Assembly: GCA_042216675.1 (NCBI GenBank)
Contig: JBDGTS010000006.1
Span: 1 to 55,018, forward strand
Length of the DNA: 55,018 nucleotides
Direction of reading: 5' to 3'
Source of the DNA: Halobacteriaceae archaeon
GTDB taxonomy: Archaea; Halobacteriota; Halobacteria; Halobacteriales; Halobacteriaceae
Below are positions 19,350-30,000 of the stretch, one piece after another. Numbering within the stretch: position 1 is the stretch's first letter; each line of letters begins with the position of its first letter. The notes below the pieces were generated by a model that saw nothing but the letters and a program-made list of their open reading frames with translations, had not been told where the DNA came from and did not search any database. Position numbers and translations under genes: made by a program.

Positions 19350-21395
19350 TTAGCGCACTTTCGTCCCGGGGACGCTGTCGCCGAGGGTCGTCAGCAGGTC
19401 GGCGTCCTCGCCCGCCGCGAGGAGCATCCCGTTGCTCTCGACGCCGAACAGTTCCGCCGGTTCGAGGTTCGCGAGGATGACGACTCGGGTGCCCGGCAGT
19501 TCGTCGAGGTCGTGGAGGCCCTTGATGCCCGCGACGATTTGCCGCGTCTCGACGCCGATGTCGACGTCGAGGCGCACGAGGTCGTCGGCGCCGTCGATGG
19601 GCTCTGCGACCTCGATTTCGCCGACGCGCACGTCGAGGTCCTGAAAGTCGTCGAAGGAGATGCGCTCGTCGGCGATGGGTTCGAGGTCCGGGGCCTCGTC
19701 CTCGGCCGCTTCTTCGGCTTCCTCGACGCGCGCTTCGAGTTCGGCGTTGCGCGCCGCGATGGCCTCGTCCTCGATTTTCTCGAACGGCTCTTCGGGTTCG
19801 CCGAACTCGGCGGGCGGCGCGGCGAGGCAGTCGTCGAGGGTGGCGTCGTGGACGGAGCCCTCCTCGTTCAGCATCGCCCACATCTCGTCGGCCTTCGCGG
19901 GCGTGAACGGCGCCAGCAGGATGGCGACGGCCTTCGTGACCTGAACGCTGTCGCGGATGACCTCGGCCGCGCGCTCGGGGTCCTCGTCGGTTAGCTTCCA
20001 CGGTTCGTTGCGCTGGATGTAGCGGTTCCCGAACGCCGCCAGCGACGTGGCCGCCTCGCCCGCGAGGCGCGGCGAGTAGTCGTTGATGGCGTCCTCGAAG
20101 GCCGCGACGGCGTCCTCGATTTCCGCGCGGGCCTCGTCGCTCACGTCGGCGTCGGGGGTGCCGTCGAAGTTCCGGTGCGCGAAGAGGAGCGACCGGTACA
20201 CGAAGTTGCCGACGGTGTCCGAGAGTTCGGAGTTCACCCGCTGTTGGAACCGCTCCCACGCGAAGTCCGTGTCCTGATGGAAGCCGCCCTGCGTGGTCAG
20301 GTAGTAGCGGAGCAGGTCCGGGTGGAACTCGCTGTCGAGGTAGTCGTCCGCCCAGACGGCGCGGTTCCGCGACGTGGAGAACGACTCGCCGTTGAGCGTG
20401 AGGAAGCCACTCGCCATGACGGCGCGCGGTTCCGTGTAGCCGGCGCCGTGGAGCATCGCGGGCCAGAACACGGTGTGATGCTGGATGATGTCCGGGCCGA
20501 TGACGTGGACGATTTCGCCGTCGTCGTCCCGCCACACGTCCTCCCAGTCCCACACGTCCGCGCCGACGCGTTCGGTGTACTGCTTCGAGGAGGCGATGTA
20601 CTCGATTGGGGCGTCCACCCAGACGTAGAGCACGAGGTCCTCGCCGCCCTCGCCGGGGTAGTCGATGCCCCAGTCGAGGTCGCGGGTGATACACCAGTCC
20701 TGCAGTTCGTCCTCGACCCACTCTCTGGGCTGGTTCTTGGCGTTCGGCGTGCCCTCCAGTCGGTCGAGGAAGTCACGCAGGTAGCCCTCGAACTCCGAGA
20801 GGCGGAAGAACTTGTGGGTCCGGTCGCGGTACTCGGCGGGGTTCCCCGTCACCGTCGAGTGCGGGTCCTCGATTTCGCCGGGTTCGAGGTGGCGCTGACA
20901 GCCCTCGTCGCACTCGTCGCCGCGGGCCTTCGCGCCGCAGTAGGGACAGGTGCCCTCGACGAAGCGGTCCGGAAGCGGTTGGTCGGCCTCGGGGTCCCAC
21001 GCCACCTTGATGTCCTTCTCGTAGATGTGCCCCTCCTCGTCGAGGGTGCGGACGATGTCTTTCGTGAGTTCGGTGTTCGTCTCGTCGTGGGTGTGGCCGT
21101 AGTTGTCGAACTCGATGTTGAACTGCGGGAGCGTCTCGGCGAACTCCTCGTGCCAGTCCATCGCGAACTCCTCGGGCGTGACGCCCTCTTGGGCCGCGTT
21201 GACGGCGATGGGCGTCCCGTGCATGTCCGACCCGGAGACGTACGCCACGTCCTGTCCGAGTCGGCGGAGCGAGCGCGCGTACACGTCGGCGCTGATGAGG
21301 CCGATGAGATGGCCGAGGTGGAGGGGGCCGTTCGCGTACGGCAACCCGCAGGTCACCACCGCGGGGTCGTCTGTCGGGAACTCCTCGTGGCTCAT
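19350..21395 (-). CDS. metG: Methionine--tRNA ligase
   Basis: LPYANGPLHLGH, GSDMHG, Zn knuckle CPYC…CDEGC, YVWVDAPIEY, FSTSR (KMSKS equivalent), C-terminal Trbp111-like OB domain. Confidence 0.98.
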   Translation of the reverse strand: MSHEEFPTDDPAVVTCGLPYANGPLHLGHLIGLISADVYARSLRRLGQDVAYVSGSDMHGTPIAVNAAQEGVTPEEFAMDWHEEFAETLPQFNIEFDNYGHTHDETNTELTKDIVRTLDEEGHIYEKDIKVAWDPEADQPLPDRFVEGTCPYCGAKARGDECDEGCQRHLEPGEIEDPHSTVTGNPAEYRDRTHKFFRLSEFEGYLRDFLDRLEGTPNAKNQPREWVEDELQDWCITRDLDWGIDYPGEGGEDLVLYVWVDAPIEYIASSKQYTERVGADVWDWEDVWRDDDGEIVHVIGPDIIQHHTVFWPAMLHGAGYTEPRAVMASGFLTLNGESFSTSRNRAVWADDYLDSEFHPDLLRYYLTTQGGFHQDTDFAWERFQQRVNSELSDTVGNFVYRSLLFAHRNFDGTPDADVSDEARAEIEDAVAAFEDAINDYSPRLAGEAATSLAAFGNRYIQRNEPWKLTDEDPERAAEVIRDSVQVTKAVAILLAPFTPAKADEMWAMLNEEGSVHDATLDDCLAAPPAEFGEPEEPFEKIEDEAIAARNAELEARVEEAEEAAEDEAPDLEPIADERISFDDFQDLDVRVGEIEVAEPIDGADDLVRLDVDIGVETRQIVAGIKGLHDLDELPGTRVVILANLEPAELFGVESNGMLLAAGEDADLLTTLGDSVPGTKVR

Positions 21396-21451
21396 ACCCG
21401 TGCTACCGGGCGTCCAAACCTAAAGGCCGCCGGTTCGGCGCGGTGAACCCA

Positions 21452-21523
21452 CCGCGGTGAGGCCGCCGATTCACCGCGGCCCACCTGCCGCGGTGAGGCC
21501 GCCGATTCACCGCGGCCCACCTG
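21452..21523. repeat. Tandem 2 x 36-bp palindromic repeat (CCGCGGTGAGGCCGCCGATTCACCGCGGCCCACCTG)
   Basis: Exact copies at 21452-21487 and 21488-21523. Each has a 9-bp stem CCGCGGTGA/TCACCGCGG with a 10-nt loop. A partial extra arm, CGCGGTGAA, lies at 21439-21447. Confidence 0.93.
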
Positions 21524-21531
21524 CCCGAATC

Positions 21532-22077
21532 TCACAGCCCGAACACGCTGATGACGGCGCTCAGTGCGCCCACCGTCACGAGCAGGCGGCCAGCGCTCCC
21601 GACGAACGTCGCCGCGGCGAAGCGGAGGTAGTCCTCCTCCAGCACCGCGAACGCGTAGATGGAGATGGTGTCCGGAAAGCCCGGGACACACAGCGCCAGC
21701 GCCATCCCGCCGTAACCGTACTGCTTCGCGATGCGCACCACCCACTTCTCTGACCACGCCACCACGTCGAAGCGGGACCGGCGCAGGAACCGGATGATGG
21801 GGCCGGAGTTCTTCACCTCCTGCCCGAGGTGGAAGGCGAAGACGCTCCCGATGGCCTTCCCGGCGCCGCTGGCGAGGATGATGAGGCCGAGGCGCCCGGG
21901 GCCGCCGACGCCGAGTTCCAGCGGCGCGGCCAGCACGATTTCGCTCGGCAGGGGGAGGACGAACGCGATGAGAAACGAGTAGATGAAGATGATTCCCAGC
22001 CCCGGCCATCCGGTCGCCGTGGCGACGGCTGTCTCGACAGCGTCGTACAGTTCGACGATCCAGAGGGCGGGGACCAC
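21532..22077 (-). CDS. YqaA/DedA (VTT/SNARE-associated) membrane protein
   Basis: FLIAFVLPLPSEIVL, YGYGGMALALCVPGFPD, F..ATFVGSAGR. Confidence 0.87.
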   Translation of the reverse strand: MVPALWIVELYDAVETAVATATGWPGLGIIFIYSFLIAFVLPLPSEIVLAAPLELGVGGPGRLGLIILASGAGKAIGSVFAFHLGQEVKNSGPIIRFLRRSRFDVVAWSEKWVVRIAKQYGYGGMALALCVPGFPDTISIYAFAVLEEDYLRFAAATFVGSAGRLLVTVGALSAVISVFGL

Positions 22078-22101
22078 ACCTGAAACTGAGGCTGGCGCCC
22101 G

Positions 22102-23190
22102 TTAAACGTTGCCCGCTGGGGTGAGGCGGTCCACGTCGGCGACGAACGCCGCCAGCATCTCGCGGGTGACGTGCGGGTTGCAGACGACCCGGAGTTCGTC
22201 CGTGCTGGTGCGGGCGATGCGCCACCCCTCCTCCCGAAGCGCCTCGAACAGCGGCGTCGGCACGTCGGCGGCGACGAGGGGGAGTTCCGGGTCCACCACG
22301 TCGAAGCCCCGGTCGCTCAGAGCATCGGCGAGCCACGCCGCGTTGTCGGCCGCGCGCTCCGCCTCCGCGCGGTAGCCGTCGGGCCACAGGGCGTCGATGG
22401 CCGCGCGAGCGCTCGCCACGCCCGCGCCGCTCCGAGTCCCGACGAGCGTCGCCTGCCCGCGGGATTCGAGGTACGGCGTGTCGACCGCGAGCGCATCGAG
22501 CGTCTCACGCTCCCGCGCGAGAAAGCCGCCGGAGGGGATGGCGGCCTGCCCCATCTTGTGCGGGTCGATGGTCATCGTGTCCACCGCCGCGTCGGTGAAG
22601 TTCCAGTCGTGGTCCGTGAACGGGAGAAGGAAGCCGCCCCATGCGGCGTCGACGTGCAGGCGCGCGTCCACGTCGTCGGCCACGTCCGCGAGCGCCGGAA
22701 TCGGGTCGACGCGGCCGTACTCTGTGGTGCCGGCGACGCCGACGACCAGAACCGTGTTGCGGTCCGCGGCGGCCGTCATCGCCCCCGGGTCGGCGCGCCC
22801 GTCCGGGTCCGTCGGCGCGGTGCGTAACTCCACGCCGAGCAAGTCGGCGGCCTTCCGGAAACTGAAGTGCGCGCTCCCGGGGACGACGACGTTCGGGTGG
22901 TCGCTGGCCCCGAGTTCGCGCGCGGCGTGGACGGCCTGAATGTTCGCCTCGGTGCCGCCCGTCGCCACGAAGCCTTCCGGGTCGGCCAGCCCCGTGATGT
23001 CGCCGAGCGCGGCCACCGTCTCTCGCTCGATGGCGGCGATGGACTGGAACGTCTCCGGGTCGCCGGGGTTCGAGGCGAGGAACCGCTCGGCCGCCTCGCG
23101 GGCCGCCGGATGGGGCTCCGTACACATCGAGGAGAGGATGCGGTCGAACGACTCGGGGTCGCGCGGGTCCCGGACCGGCACCTCTGTCAT
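22102..23190 (-). CDS. mfnA: PLP-dependent L-tyrosine/L-aspartate decarboxylase (MfnA family)
   Basis: [53 protein letters not shown]. Confidence 0.9.
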   Translation of the reverse strand: MTEVPVRDPRDPESFDRILSSMCTEPHPAAREAAERFLASNPGDPETFQSIAAIERETVAALGDITGLADPEGFVATGGTEANIQAVHAARELGASDHPNVVVPGSAHFSFRKAADLLGVELRTAPTDPDGRADPGAMTAAADRNTVLVVGVAGTTEYGRVDPIPALADVADDVDARLHVDAAWGGFLLPFTDHDWNFTDAAVDTMTIDPHKMGQAAIPSGGFLARERETLDALAVDTPYLESRGQATLVGTRSGAGVASARAAIDALWPDGYRAEAERAADNAAWLADALSDRGFDVVDPELPLVAADVPTPLFEALREEGWRIARTSTDELRVVCNPHVTREMLAAFVADVDRLTPAGNV

Positions 23191-23289
23191 GCTCCCCCGT
23201 TGCGCGGGCGCGGGTTTAGAGGTTCTGCTACCGGGCACCCTCGCGTCGGTGCCACGGTATTTTTGTACCCGCGCGGGGAGAGACCCTGC

Positions 23290-23703
23290 ATGGACGGCTC
23301 ACGACCACTGTACTGGAGCGGGCTCTACACGCTCGCGTGGTCGCTCGCCGCGGCTATCGGACTCGCGTTGCTCGGCGGGGGCTACTTCCTCGGTATCGAC
23401 GTCGCAATCGACATGGTGCAAGACGGCGAACCGCTTCGCGACGTACTAGAGACGGCCGCGCCCGGACTCGCCGTGGCCTTCCTCGGACTCGTCGTTTGGC
23501 GCGCCGTCTCGGCGTGGGCGAAGTACCGTACGCTCATCCCCGCCATCCGCGCCGACTTGGCGGAGACGTACGACAACGAGCGAGTCAAAAGCGAGATCCT
23601 GTCCGTTCTCGACGAGCGCCTCTCGGACATGCAACAGGACCTGCAGGGCGTCCAGCGCGAACTCCGCGCAGGCGAGGACGACACCGACTTCGAGTTCGAC
23701 TAA
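23290..23703 (+). CDS. Hypothetical 2-TM protein with C-terminal coiled coil
   Basis: [11 protein letters not shown]… with two hydrophobic segments, then [25 protein letters not shown] and an acidic tail. Confidence 0.75.
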   Translation: MDGSRPLYWSGLYTLAWSLAAAIGLALLGGGYFLGIDVAIDMVQDGEPLRDVLETAAPGLAVAFLGLVVWRAVSAWAKYRTLIPAIRADLAETYDNERVKSEILSVLDERLSDMQQDLQGVQRELRAGEDDTDFEFD

Positions 23704-24599
23704 GCCTCCACGATGTCGTCCTCCTCGGCCGGTGGCACGGCCACGCGCCCCGTCAGCGACGTGACGGCGCGGCCCCCCACCGTCGCCGCGCCGTCGAGGC
23801 GTGCGCGCACGCGCCCCGGTCTGTCGAGGGCGTGTCCCTGTTCGAAGACGAGTTCGTCGGGCCAGTCGTCGTAGGCGTCGGCCCAGCGAAGATAGCCCGC
23901 CGCCGCGCCTGCCGCTGTTCCGGTCACCGGGTCCTCCGAGACGCCGACCGAGGGCAGGAAGGCGCGGCCGTGGGCCGCCGCGTCGGCGCTCAGCGTGTCG
24001 AAGGTGAAGGCGTACAGCCCCGTCGCGTCCACCGACTCACAGAGCGCCGCGACGGCGCCGTCGTCGGGCACGGCGCCGTTGAGCGTCGAGAGGTAGTCGA
24101 GGCCGACCACGAGATACGGGAGCCCCGCGTCCGCGACTGCCAGCGGGAGGTCCGAGACGACGTGCCCCGCCTCGACGCCGAGGGCGTCGGCCACGCGCGT
24201 CGCGTCGGCGTCGACTGCGGTGACGGTGGGCGCGTCCATCGTCAGCCACACCGTGCCGTCGGCTTCGATTTCGACCGTCACCTCGTCGTTGGCGGTGGCG
24301 ACGCGATGGGTGCCCGCCTCGACGGCGCCTTCGGCGTGGAGGTGCGCATGGGTCGCCACCGTCGCGTGCCCGCAGAGTCCGATCTCCTCGCTCGGCGTGA
24401 AAAAGCGGAGCGCTCGGTCCGCGTCCGGCGCCGACCGGACGAACGCCGTCTCGCTGGCGCCGAGTTCCGAGGCGACGGCCCGCATCTGGTCGTCAGTCAG
24501 GTCGTCCGCGTTCGGCACGACGCCCGCCGGATTGCCCGAGAGCGAGTCGGTGGTGAAGGCGTCCACGATGCGCACGTCGCGGCTGTCGCCTGCGTCCAT
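23700..24599 (-). CDS. PhzF family isomerase/epimerase
   Basis: VDAFT…GNPAGVV, SETAFV, RFFTP..EIGLCGHAT, EDPVTGTA, EQG. Confidence 0.93.
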   Translation of the reverse strand: MDAGDSRDVRIVDAFTTDSLSGNPAGVVPNADDLTDDQMRAVASELGASETAFVRSAPDADRALRFFTPSEEIGLCGHATVATHAHLHAEGAVEAGTHRVATANDEVTVEIEADGTVWLTMDAPTVTAVDADATRVADALGVEAGHVVSDLPLAVADAGLPYLVVGLDYLSTLNGAVPDDGAVAALCESVDATGLYAFTFDTLSADAAAHGRAFLPSVGVSEDPVTGTAAGAAAGYLRWADAYDDWPDELVFEQGHALDRPGRVRARLDGAATVGGRAVTSLTGRVAVPPAEEDDIVEA

Positions 24600-24621
24600 A
24601 CCCGACACACGCGGCCCGGGG

Positions 24622-25446
24622 TTAAAGAACGGCGTCCTCGGGGCGCACTCGCACCTCGATGCCGTCGGGGTCCCGCACCGCGAACCCGGCGTCCGTCTCG
24701 CGGGTGAAGCGGAACCCCTCGCGGACGCTCTCGATATCTGCCTCGGGCACGACGACTTCGAACCACTCCAGTCCCCGGCCGGCCGGCGCCGCGGTGCGCC
24801 CTCGCCACGTGTTGGCGCCGACGTGGTGGTGGTAGTCGCCCGCGGCGAGGAAGACGGCCTCGTCGTCGAACTCCTGTCGCACGCGCAGGCCGAGTTCGTC
24901 GGCGTAGAAGCGCCGGGCGGCGTCGACGTCGGACACGTCGAGGTGAACGTGGCCCACGTCCGTCCCCTCGGGCACCACCCCGCCGCTGTCGGCGGCGGCG
25001 AGGAGGCGTTCGGTGTCGAGCGGTTCCGTGTACATCGCCACCTGCCCGTCCGCGGTGGGCCACGCCTCGCGGGGCCTGTCGCGGTATATCTCGACGCCGT
25101 TGCCCTCCGGGTCCTGCAGGTAGAGCGCCTCGCTCACGCCGTGGTCGGAGGCGCCCGAGAGTCGCCACTGCCGGTCGATTCGGGCGAGGGCCGCGCCGAG
25201 GGCCGTCCGGGACGGGACGCGGATGGCGAGGTGGAACAGGCCGGTGGCGTCGGACGGTCGTTCGGGCACGTCCGGGTCGCCGCGGAGTTCGAGTAGCGGC
25301 GCTTCGCCGGCCCCGAGCGTCGTCACCGGGCCGGAATCGAGGACGTTCAGGCCGACCACGTCGCGGTAGAACGACGCGAGTCCCTCGGCGTCGGCGACTC
25401 GGAGGCGGACGCGGCCGACGTGCGCGTCGGCGGACAGCGGAGGCAT
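24622..25446 (-). CDS. VOC family protein (CatE-like extradiol dioxygenase/glyoxalase)
   Basis: GLFHLAIRVP, SDHGVSEALYLQDPEGNGVEIY, GHVHL, YHHHVGANTW. Confidence 0.9.
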   Translation of the reverse strand: MPPLSADAHVGRVRLRVADAEGLASFYRDVVGLNVLDSGPVTTLGAGEAPLLELRGDPDVPERPSDATGLFHLAIRVPSRTALGAALARIDRQWRLSGASDHGVSEALYLQDPEGNGVEIYRDRPREAWPTADGQVAMYTEPLDTERLLAAADSGGVVPEGTDVGHVHLDVSDVDAARRFYADELGLRVRQEFDDEAVFLAAGDYHHHVGANTWRGRTAAPAGRGLEWFEVVVPEADIESVREGFRFTRETDAGFAVRDPDGIEVRVRPEDAVL

Positions 25447-25522
25447 GTCCGCCGGTGTGGCGCCCGGCGGCTTAGCGTTTCCCGTCGAAACGTTCACGTC
25501 CGGCCGGCCGCGACAGGCGGAC

Positions 25523-26215
25523 ATGAGCGACCTGCCGGACGATTTTGCCTGTACGGTGCCCAACTGGGACTACATCTACGACCTCTGTCGCGACGTGGCA
25601 ACGCAGGTCCGCCGCGCCGACTACGACCCCGACGTGGTGGTGGCCCTCGCCCGCGGTGGCTGGTTCGCGGGCCGGTGTCTCTGTGACTTCCTCGGCCTCG
25701 ACGACCTGACCAGCCTCAAGATGGAGCACTACGTCGGCACCGCCGAGGCGTCCGGTGAGCCGACGGTGCGCTACGACGTGCCCGAGGGGAGCGTCGCGGG
25801 CAAGGACGTCCTCATCATCGACGACATCGCCGACACCGGCGGCTCGATTCGCCGCGCCGACGAGTACGTTCGGGACCGAGACCCCAACTCCGTCCGGACA
25901 GCCACCCTCCAGTTGCTCGGCACGAGCGACTTCGAACCGGACTACGTCGGGGAACACCTCTCGGAGTGGAAGTGGGTCGTCTACCCGTGGAACTTCATCG
26001 AGGACATGGTGGAACTCGTCGAGGGAGCGATGGAACGCGCCGACGACGGCCCCCACGGCGCCGAGGACGTCCAGCGACTGCTCGAAGAGCACCACGACAT
26101 CGAGCGGGTCCAACTCGAAATCGCCCAGCCCGGCCGCATTCCGGAGGTGCTGACGGAGATGGAGCGCCGCGGCGTCGTCGAGTCCGCGGGCGGTGACCGC
26201 TGGCGACTCGCCTAG
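25523..26215 (+). CDS. Purine phosphoribosyltransferase (type I PRTase) with C-terminal extension
   Basis: VVALARGG, PRPP-binding VLIIDDIADTGGS, WVVYPW. Start MSDLPDDF. Confidence 0.9.
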   Translation: MSDLPDDFACTVPNWDYIYDLCRDVATQVRRADYDPDVVVALARGGWFAGRCLCDFLGLDDLTSLKMEHYVGTAEASGEPTVRYDVPEGSVAGKDVLIIDDIADTGGSIRRADEYVRDRDPNSVRTATLQLLGTSDFEPDYVGEHLSEWKWVVYPWNFIEDMVELVEGAMERADDGPHGAEDVQRLLEEHHDIERVQLEIAQPGRIPEVLTEMERRGVVESAGGDRWRLA

Positions 26216-27012
26216 TCGGCGACGGCTTCCCCGGCGTCGGCGATGGCGCTGGCGTCCTGCACCCAGAGGTCACCGAACAGTTCGTCTTGGTCCAGTCGCA
26301 CTTCGCCGCGGTTCGCGAGAAACAGGAGCGCGAGGTACGTCTGGACGCGGCTCTCGGCCACGTTCTCGATTTCGCCGAACAGCACCTCCGGGCGGCCCCG
26401 GCCGTACTGCTCGCGGAGCGCCGCCCGCACGTCGTCGATGACGGCCTCGATGTCCTCGCCGTGTGCGGTGCCCGTCACCTCGTCCTCGGTGGGTTCGTGG
26501 CTGGCGCGCCCGGCGTCGTCGTCGCGGTAGTCGAGTGTTTGGACGCCGCGCTGGAACCCCGCGGGCGAGTCGCTGGTGTCGTAGGAGCGCGACTCCTTCC
26601 ACCACGACCCGCGCTCGTGGTCCCTGAGTTCGCGCACGAGTTCGTCCAGCGTCTCGGGGGTGCCACGCGCCGACTTCCGGTCGAGGCGGCGGTCCATCTC
26701 GGCCTCTAAGGCGTCCACCGGGTCGAACCCCGGCGGCGCGTCGTCGGGCGCCTCGGCCATCGGCGCCTCCCACGGTTCGGGGTCGGCTTCCTCCTCGTCC
26801 TCGTCGTCGTCGAGGAGGGCGTCGCTCTTCATTCGCAGGAGGACGCTCGCGTAGAACAGCGCCCGACCCGAGGTGCGCAGGTCAGCCTCGTCGAGGCGCG
26901 CGAGGAACTTGTCGGTGACCGTCACCACGTCGATGTCCCACGGCTCGATTTCGCCTTCCTCGGCGAGTTGGACCAGCACCTCGACCGGTTCGACCTCCTC
27001 TTCCTCAGTCAT
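26212..27012 (-). CDS. scpA: Segregation and condensation protein A (kleisin)
   Basis: GEIEPWDIDVV.VTDKFL, SGRALFYASVLLRMKS, C-terminal YLALLFLA…LDQDELFGDL. Overlaps the smc stop. Confidence 0.93.
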   Translation of the reverse strand: MTEEEEVEPVEVLVQLAEEGEIEPWDIDVVTVTDKFLARLDEADLRTSGRALFYASVLLRMKSDALLDDDEDEEEADPEPWEAPMAEAPDDAPPGFDPVDALEAEMDRRLDRKSARGTPETLDELVRELRDHERGSWWKESRSYDTSDSPAGFQRGVQTLDYRDDDAGRASHEPTEDEVTGTAHGEDIEAVIDDVRAALREQYGRGRPEVLFGEIENVAESRVQTYLALLFLANRGEVRLDQDELFGDLWVQDASAIADAGEAVAD

Positions 27013-30000
27013 CGGCTTCCACCTCCGGGTCCGCGCCGCCGCCGAGGTCGATGCCCGTGACGGCGCTCACGTTGTTCTCCTGCATCGTGACGCCGATGGC
27101 TCGCTCGGAGCGCTCGAGCATCGCCGAGCGGTGGGAGACGACGACGAACTGGGCCTCGCCCGCGAGTTCGTCCACCATCTCGCCGACGCGTTCGGCGTTC
27201 GCGGCGTCGAGGAACGCGTCGATTTCGTCCAGCGCGTAGAACGGCGCGGGGTTGTGCCGCTGGAGCGCGAAGATGAAGGCGAGCGCCGTCAGCGACTTCT
27301 CGCCGCCGCTCATCGCGTCGAGGCGCTGGATGGGCTTGTCGCCGGGTTGCGCGCGCATCGTCAGGCCGCCCTCGAAGGGGTCGTCTTCGTCTTCGAGGTG
27401 GAGTTCGCCCGTCCCGTTCGACAGTCGCTCGAAGATGTCCCGAAACTGCGCGTCGATGGCGCGGTACGCGTCCATGAACGTCTCGCGCTTCTGGTCCTCG
27501 TAGGACTCGATGCGCTCCTCGATGCCGTCTCGCTCGTCCACGAGGGTTTCGCGCTTGTCCTCTAAGTCCGCGAGGGCGGCCTCCACCTCCTCGTACTCCT
27601 CGATGGCGAGCATGTTGACCGGCTCCAGCGCCTCCATTTCAGCGGTGAGTGTCTGGATGCGCTCCTCCACCTCGTCGAGGTCCGGCACGTCCTCGGGGTC
27701 GGCCTCGACGGTTTCCTCCAGTTCGGCGATTTCGGTTTCGAGGGAGTCGACCTGCGCCTCCAGCGACTCGACGCGGCTCTCCGCGCGGTTGACCTCCTCC
27801 TCTTTGCTGTCGCGGGCCGCGCGGGCCGCCGAGAGCGTCTCTTTGAGGTCTTCGCGCTCGGCCTTGAGGTCGGCGAGTTCGTCTTCGAGTTCCGCGACGG
27901 CTTCCTCCTTGGCTTCGAGTTCCGCCTCTTTGGCCTCGATCTCCGCCTCGAACTCCGCGATGCGCTCCTCCTGTTCGGCCACGCGGTTCTGCGCGGCTTC
28001 GATGTCGGCGTTTCGCTCCTCGATGGCGTCCTCGGCGTAGGAGCGCTCTAACTGGAGTTCGTTGAGGTCGCTGTCGAGGTCCGCGGCGCGGGCCTCCAGT
28101 TCGTCGATGTCGGCCTCGATCTCCTCTTTTCGCTCGGTGAGTTCGGGCACGCGGGAGTCCGCGAGTTCGCTCTCCAGTTCCGCCACCTCGTCTTCGAGGG
28201 TGGCGATTTCCTCTGCGACGGCGTCGATTTCCTCTTCCTGCTCAGTGATGTCGTCGTCCACCGCCGCCCGGTCCTCGCGGAGGTCCGTAAGGTCGGATTC
28301 GAGCGCCTCGATTTCGGCCTCCACGTCCTCGCGTTCCTGCTCGCGGGCCTCGATGTCCGCCTCGATGGCTCGCACCTGCTCGGCGGCGTCGGTCTGTCTG
28401 TCGCGGGCGTCGTCGAGACGGGTCTCTACGTCTCGAATCTCCTCGCGCAGGTCCCGGCGCTCGTCTTCGAGTTTCGTGATGCGGTCGGCGACGCGTTCGA
28501 GGCGCCCGCCATCGCCCGAGAAGGAGTAGCGCGACCCCGAGCGACTGCCGCCGGTCATCGCACCGGACTTCTCGACGAGTTCGCCGTCGAGGGTGACCAT
28601 CCGCCAGTCGCCCATCAGGTCCCGGGCCGTCGCCATGTCCTCTACGATGAGCGTGTCGCCGAGGACGTAGGAGAAGATGCCCGAGTACTGGGCGTCGAAG
28701 TCCACGAGTTCGAACGCGAAGTCCACGACGCCCTCGTGGTTCGGGAGCGACGGGAGACGCCGGTCCTGCATCTCCGTCATCGGCAGGAAGGTGGCCCGGC
28801 CGGCGTTGCGCTGTTTGAGGTAGTCGATGCACCGTTGGCCCACGCCGTCGTCGGCGACGACGACGTTCGCCATCCGCCCGCCGGCGGCCGTTTCGCAAGC
28901 GAGGGCGTAGCGCTCGGCGACACCACCGAGTTCCGCGACGGGGCCGTGGACGCCCTGTAGGTCGGCGTTCCGAATGGCGGAGACGGCGCGGCCGTACGAG
29001 GAGTCGTCACCGCCGGAGGCTTCGAGTTCGGCGTACTCCTGTTGGGCCTCGTTCAGGTCGTCCTCGACGTCGTCTAAGTCCGACTGGAGGCGCTGTTTCT
29101 CCTCGCGCAGGTCCGCGACGACGCCCTCTATCTGCTCGACGTTCGCGCGGGCCTTGTCCAGTTCCGTCTCCAAATCGTCGAGTTCGGCGTCGATTTCGGG
29201 GATGCGGTCGCGGGCGGCGTCGAGGTCCGCTTCCGTCTCCTCGATGTCGTCGGCGCGGCGGCGCGCCTCGTCGAGCAACCGGTCCCGCTCGCGTTCGAGT
29301 TCGTTGCGCCGTTCGCGGGCGTCTTCGAGAGCCTCTTTCTTCGACGCGAGGTCGGCCTTCAGTTCGTCGAAGGCGGTGTCGACGGCGTCGATTTCGGCTT
29401 CCACCTCTTCGAGTTCAGCCTCCTTGTCGGCGATGTCGGACTGGATCGAGGCCTTCTCGACTTTCGTCTCGCGAATCTCGTCGTCGAGTTCGTCGATTTT
29501 CTCCTCCTTGCGGTCGATTTCGACGAACGCCTCGCGTCGCTCGGCCTTCGCGGCCTCGATTTTCTCCTCGGCGCTCTCGACCTTGTCCTCGAAGCGGGAG
29601 ATGTCGCCCTTTATCTCCTCCATCTCGCGCTTGATGGCGAGTTGTTCGTCCTCGCCCTTGCGCTCGATTTCGTCGTTGAGGTCGGCGAGTTCCTCTTCCA
29701 GTCGCTCGACCCGCCCCCGGCGGGTGTCGAGTTCCTCCTGAAGGTCCACGAGTTTCTCGCGGCGGCGCTCGGCCTTCCCCTTCGTCTCTTCGAGGTCGTC
29801 GCGCCGGTCGGCGAGTTCGGCGGCCTTCCGGTAGCCCTCGTACTCCTCGCGTTCCTCCTTCAAATCGCGGTATTCGAGGGCCGTCTCTCGCTCGTCCGAG
29901 AGTTGCACCAGTCGGTCGCGCTTGTTCTCGATGCGGAGGTCCGCCTCGTCGATTCGCTCCTCGACGGTCTCCAGTTCCTCGCGGGCGTCCTCCTTTTTCG

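Noticed and set aside
21439-21523. Possible mini-CRISPR or metG riboswitch/T-box
   Set aside because: The units are head-to-tail with no unique spacers and no cas genes. A TATA-like box lies between the repeat and the metG ATG, which argues for a leaderless metG.
27500-30000. Repetitive Glu/Ala-rich DNA
   Set aside because: Explained by the SMC coiled-coil arms.
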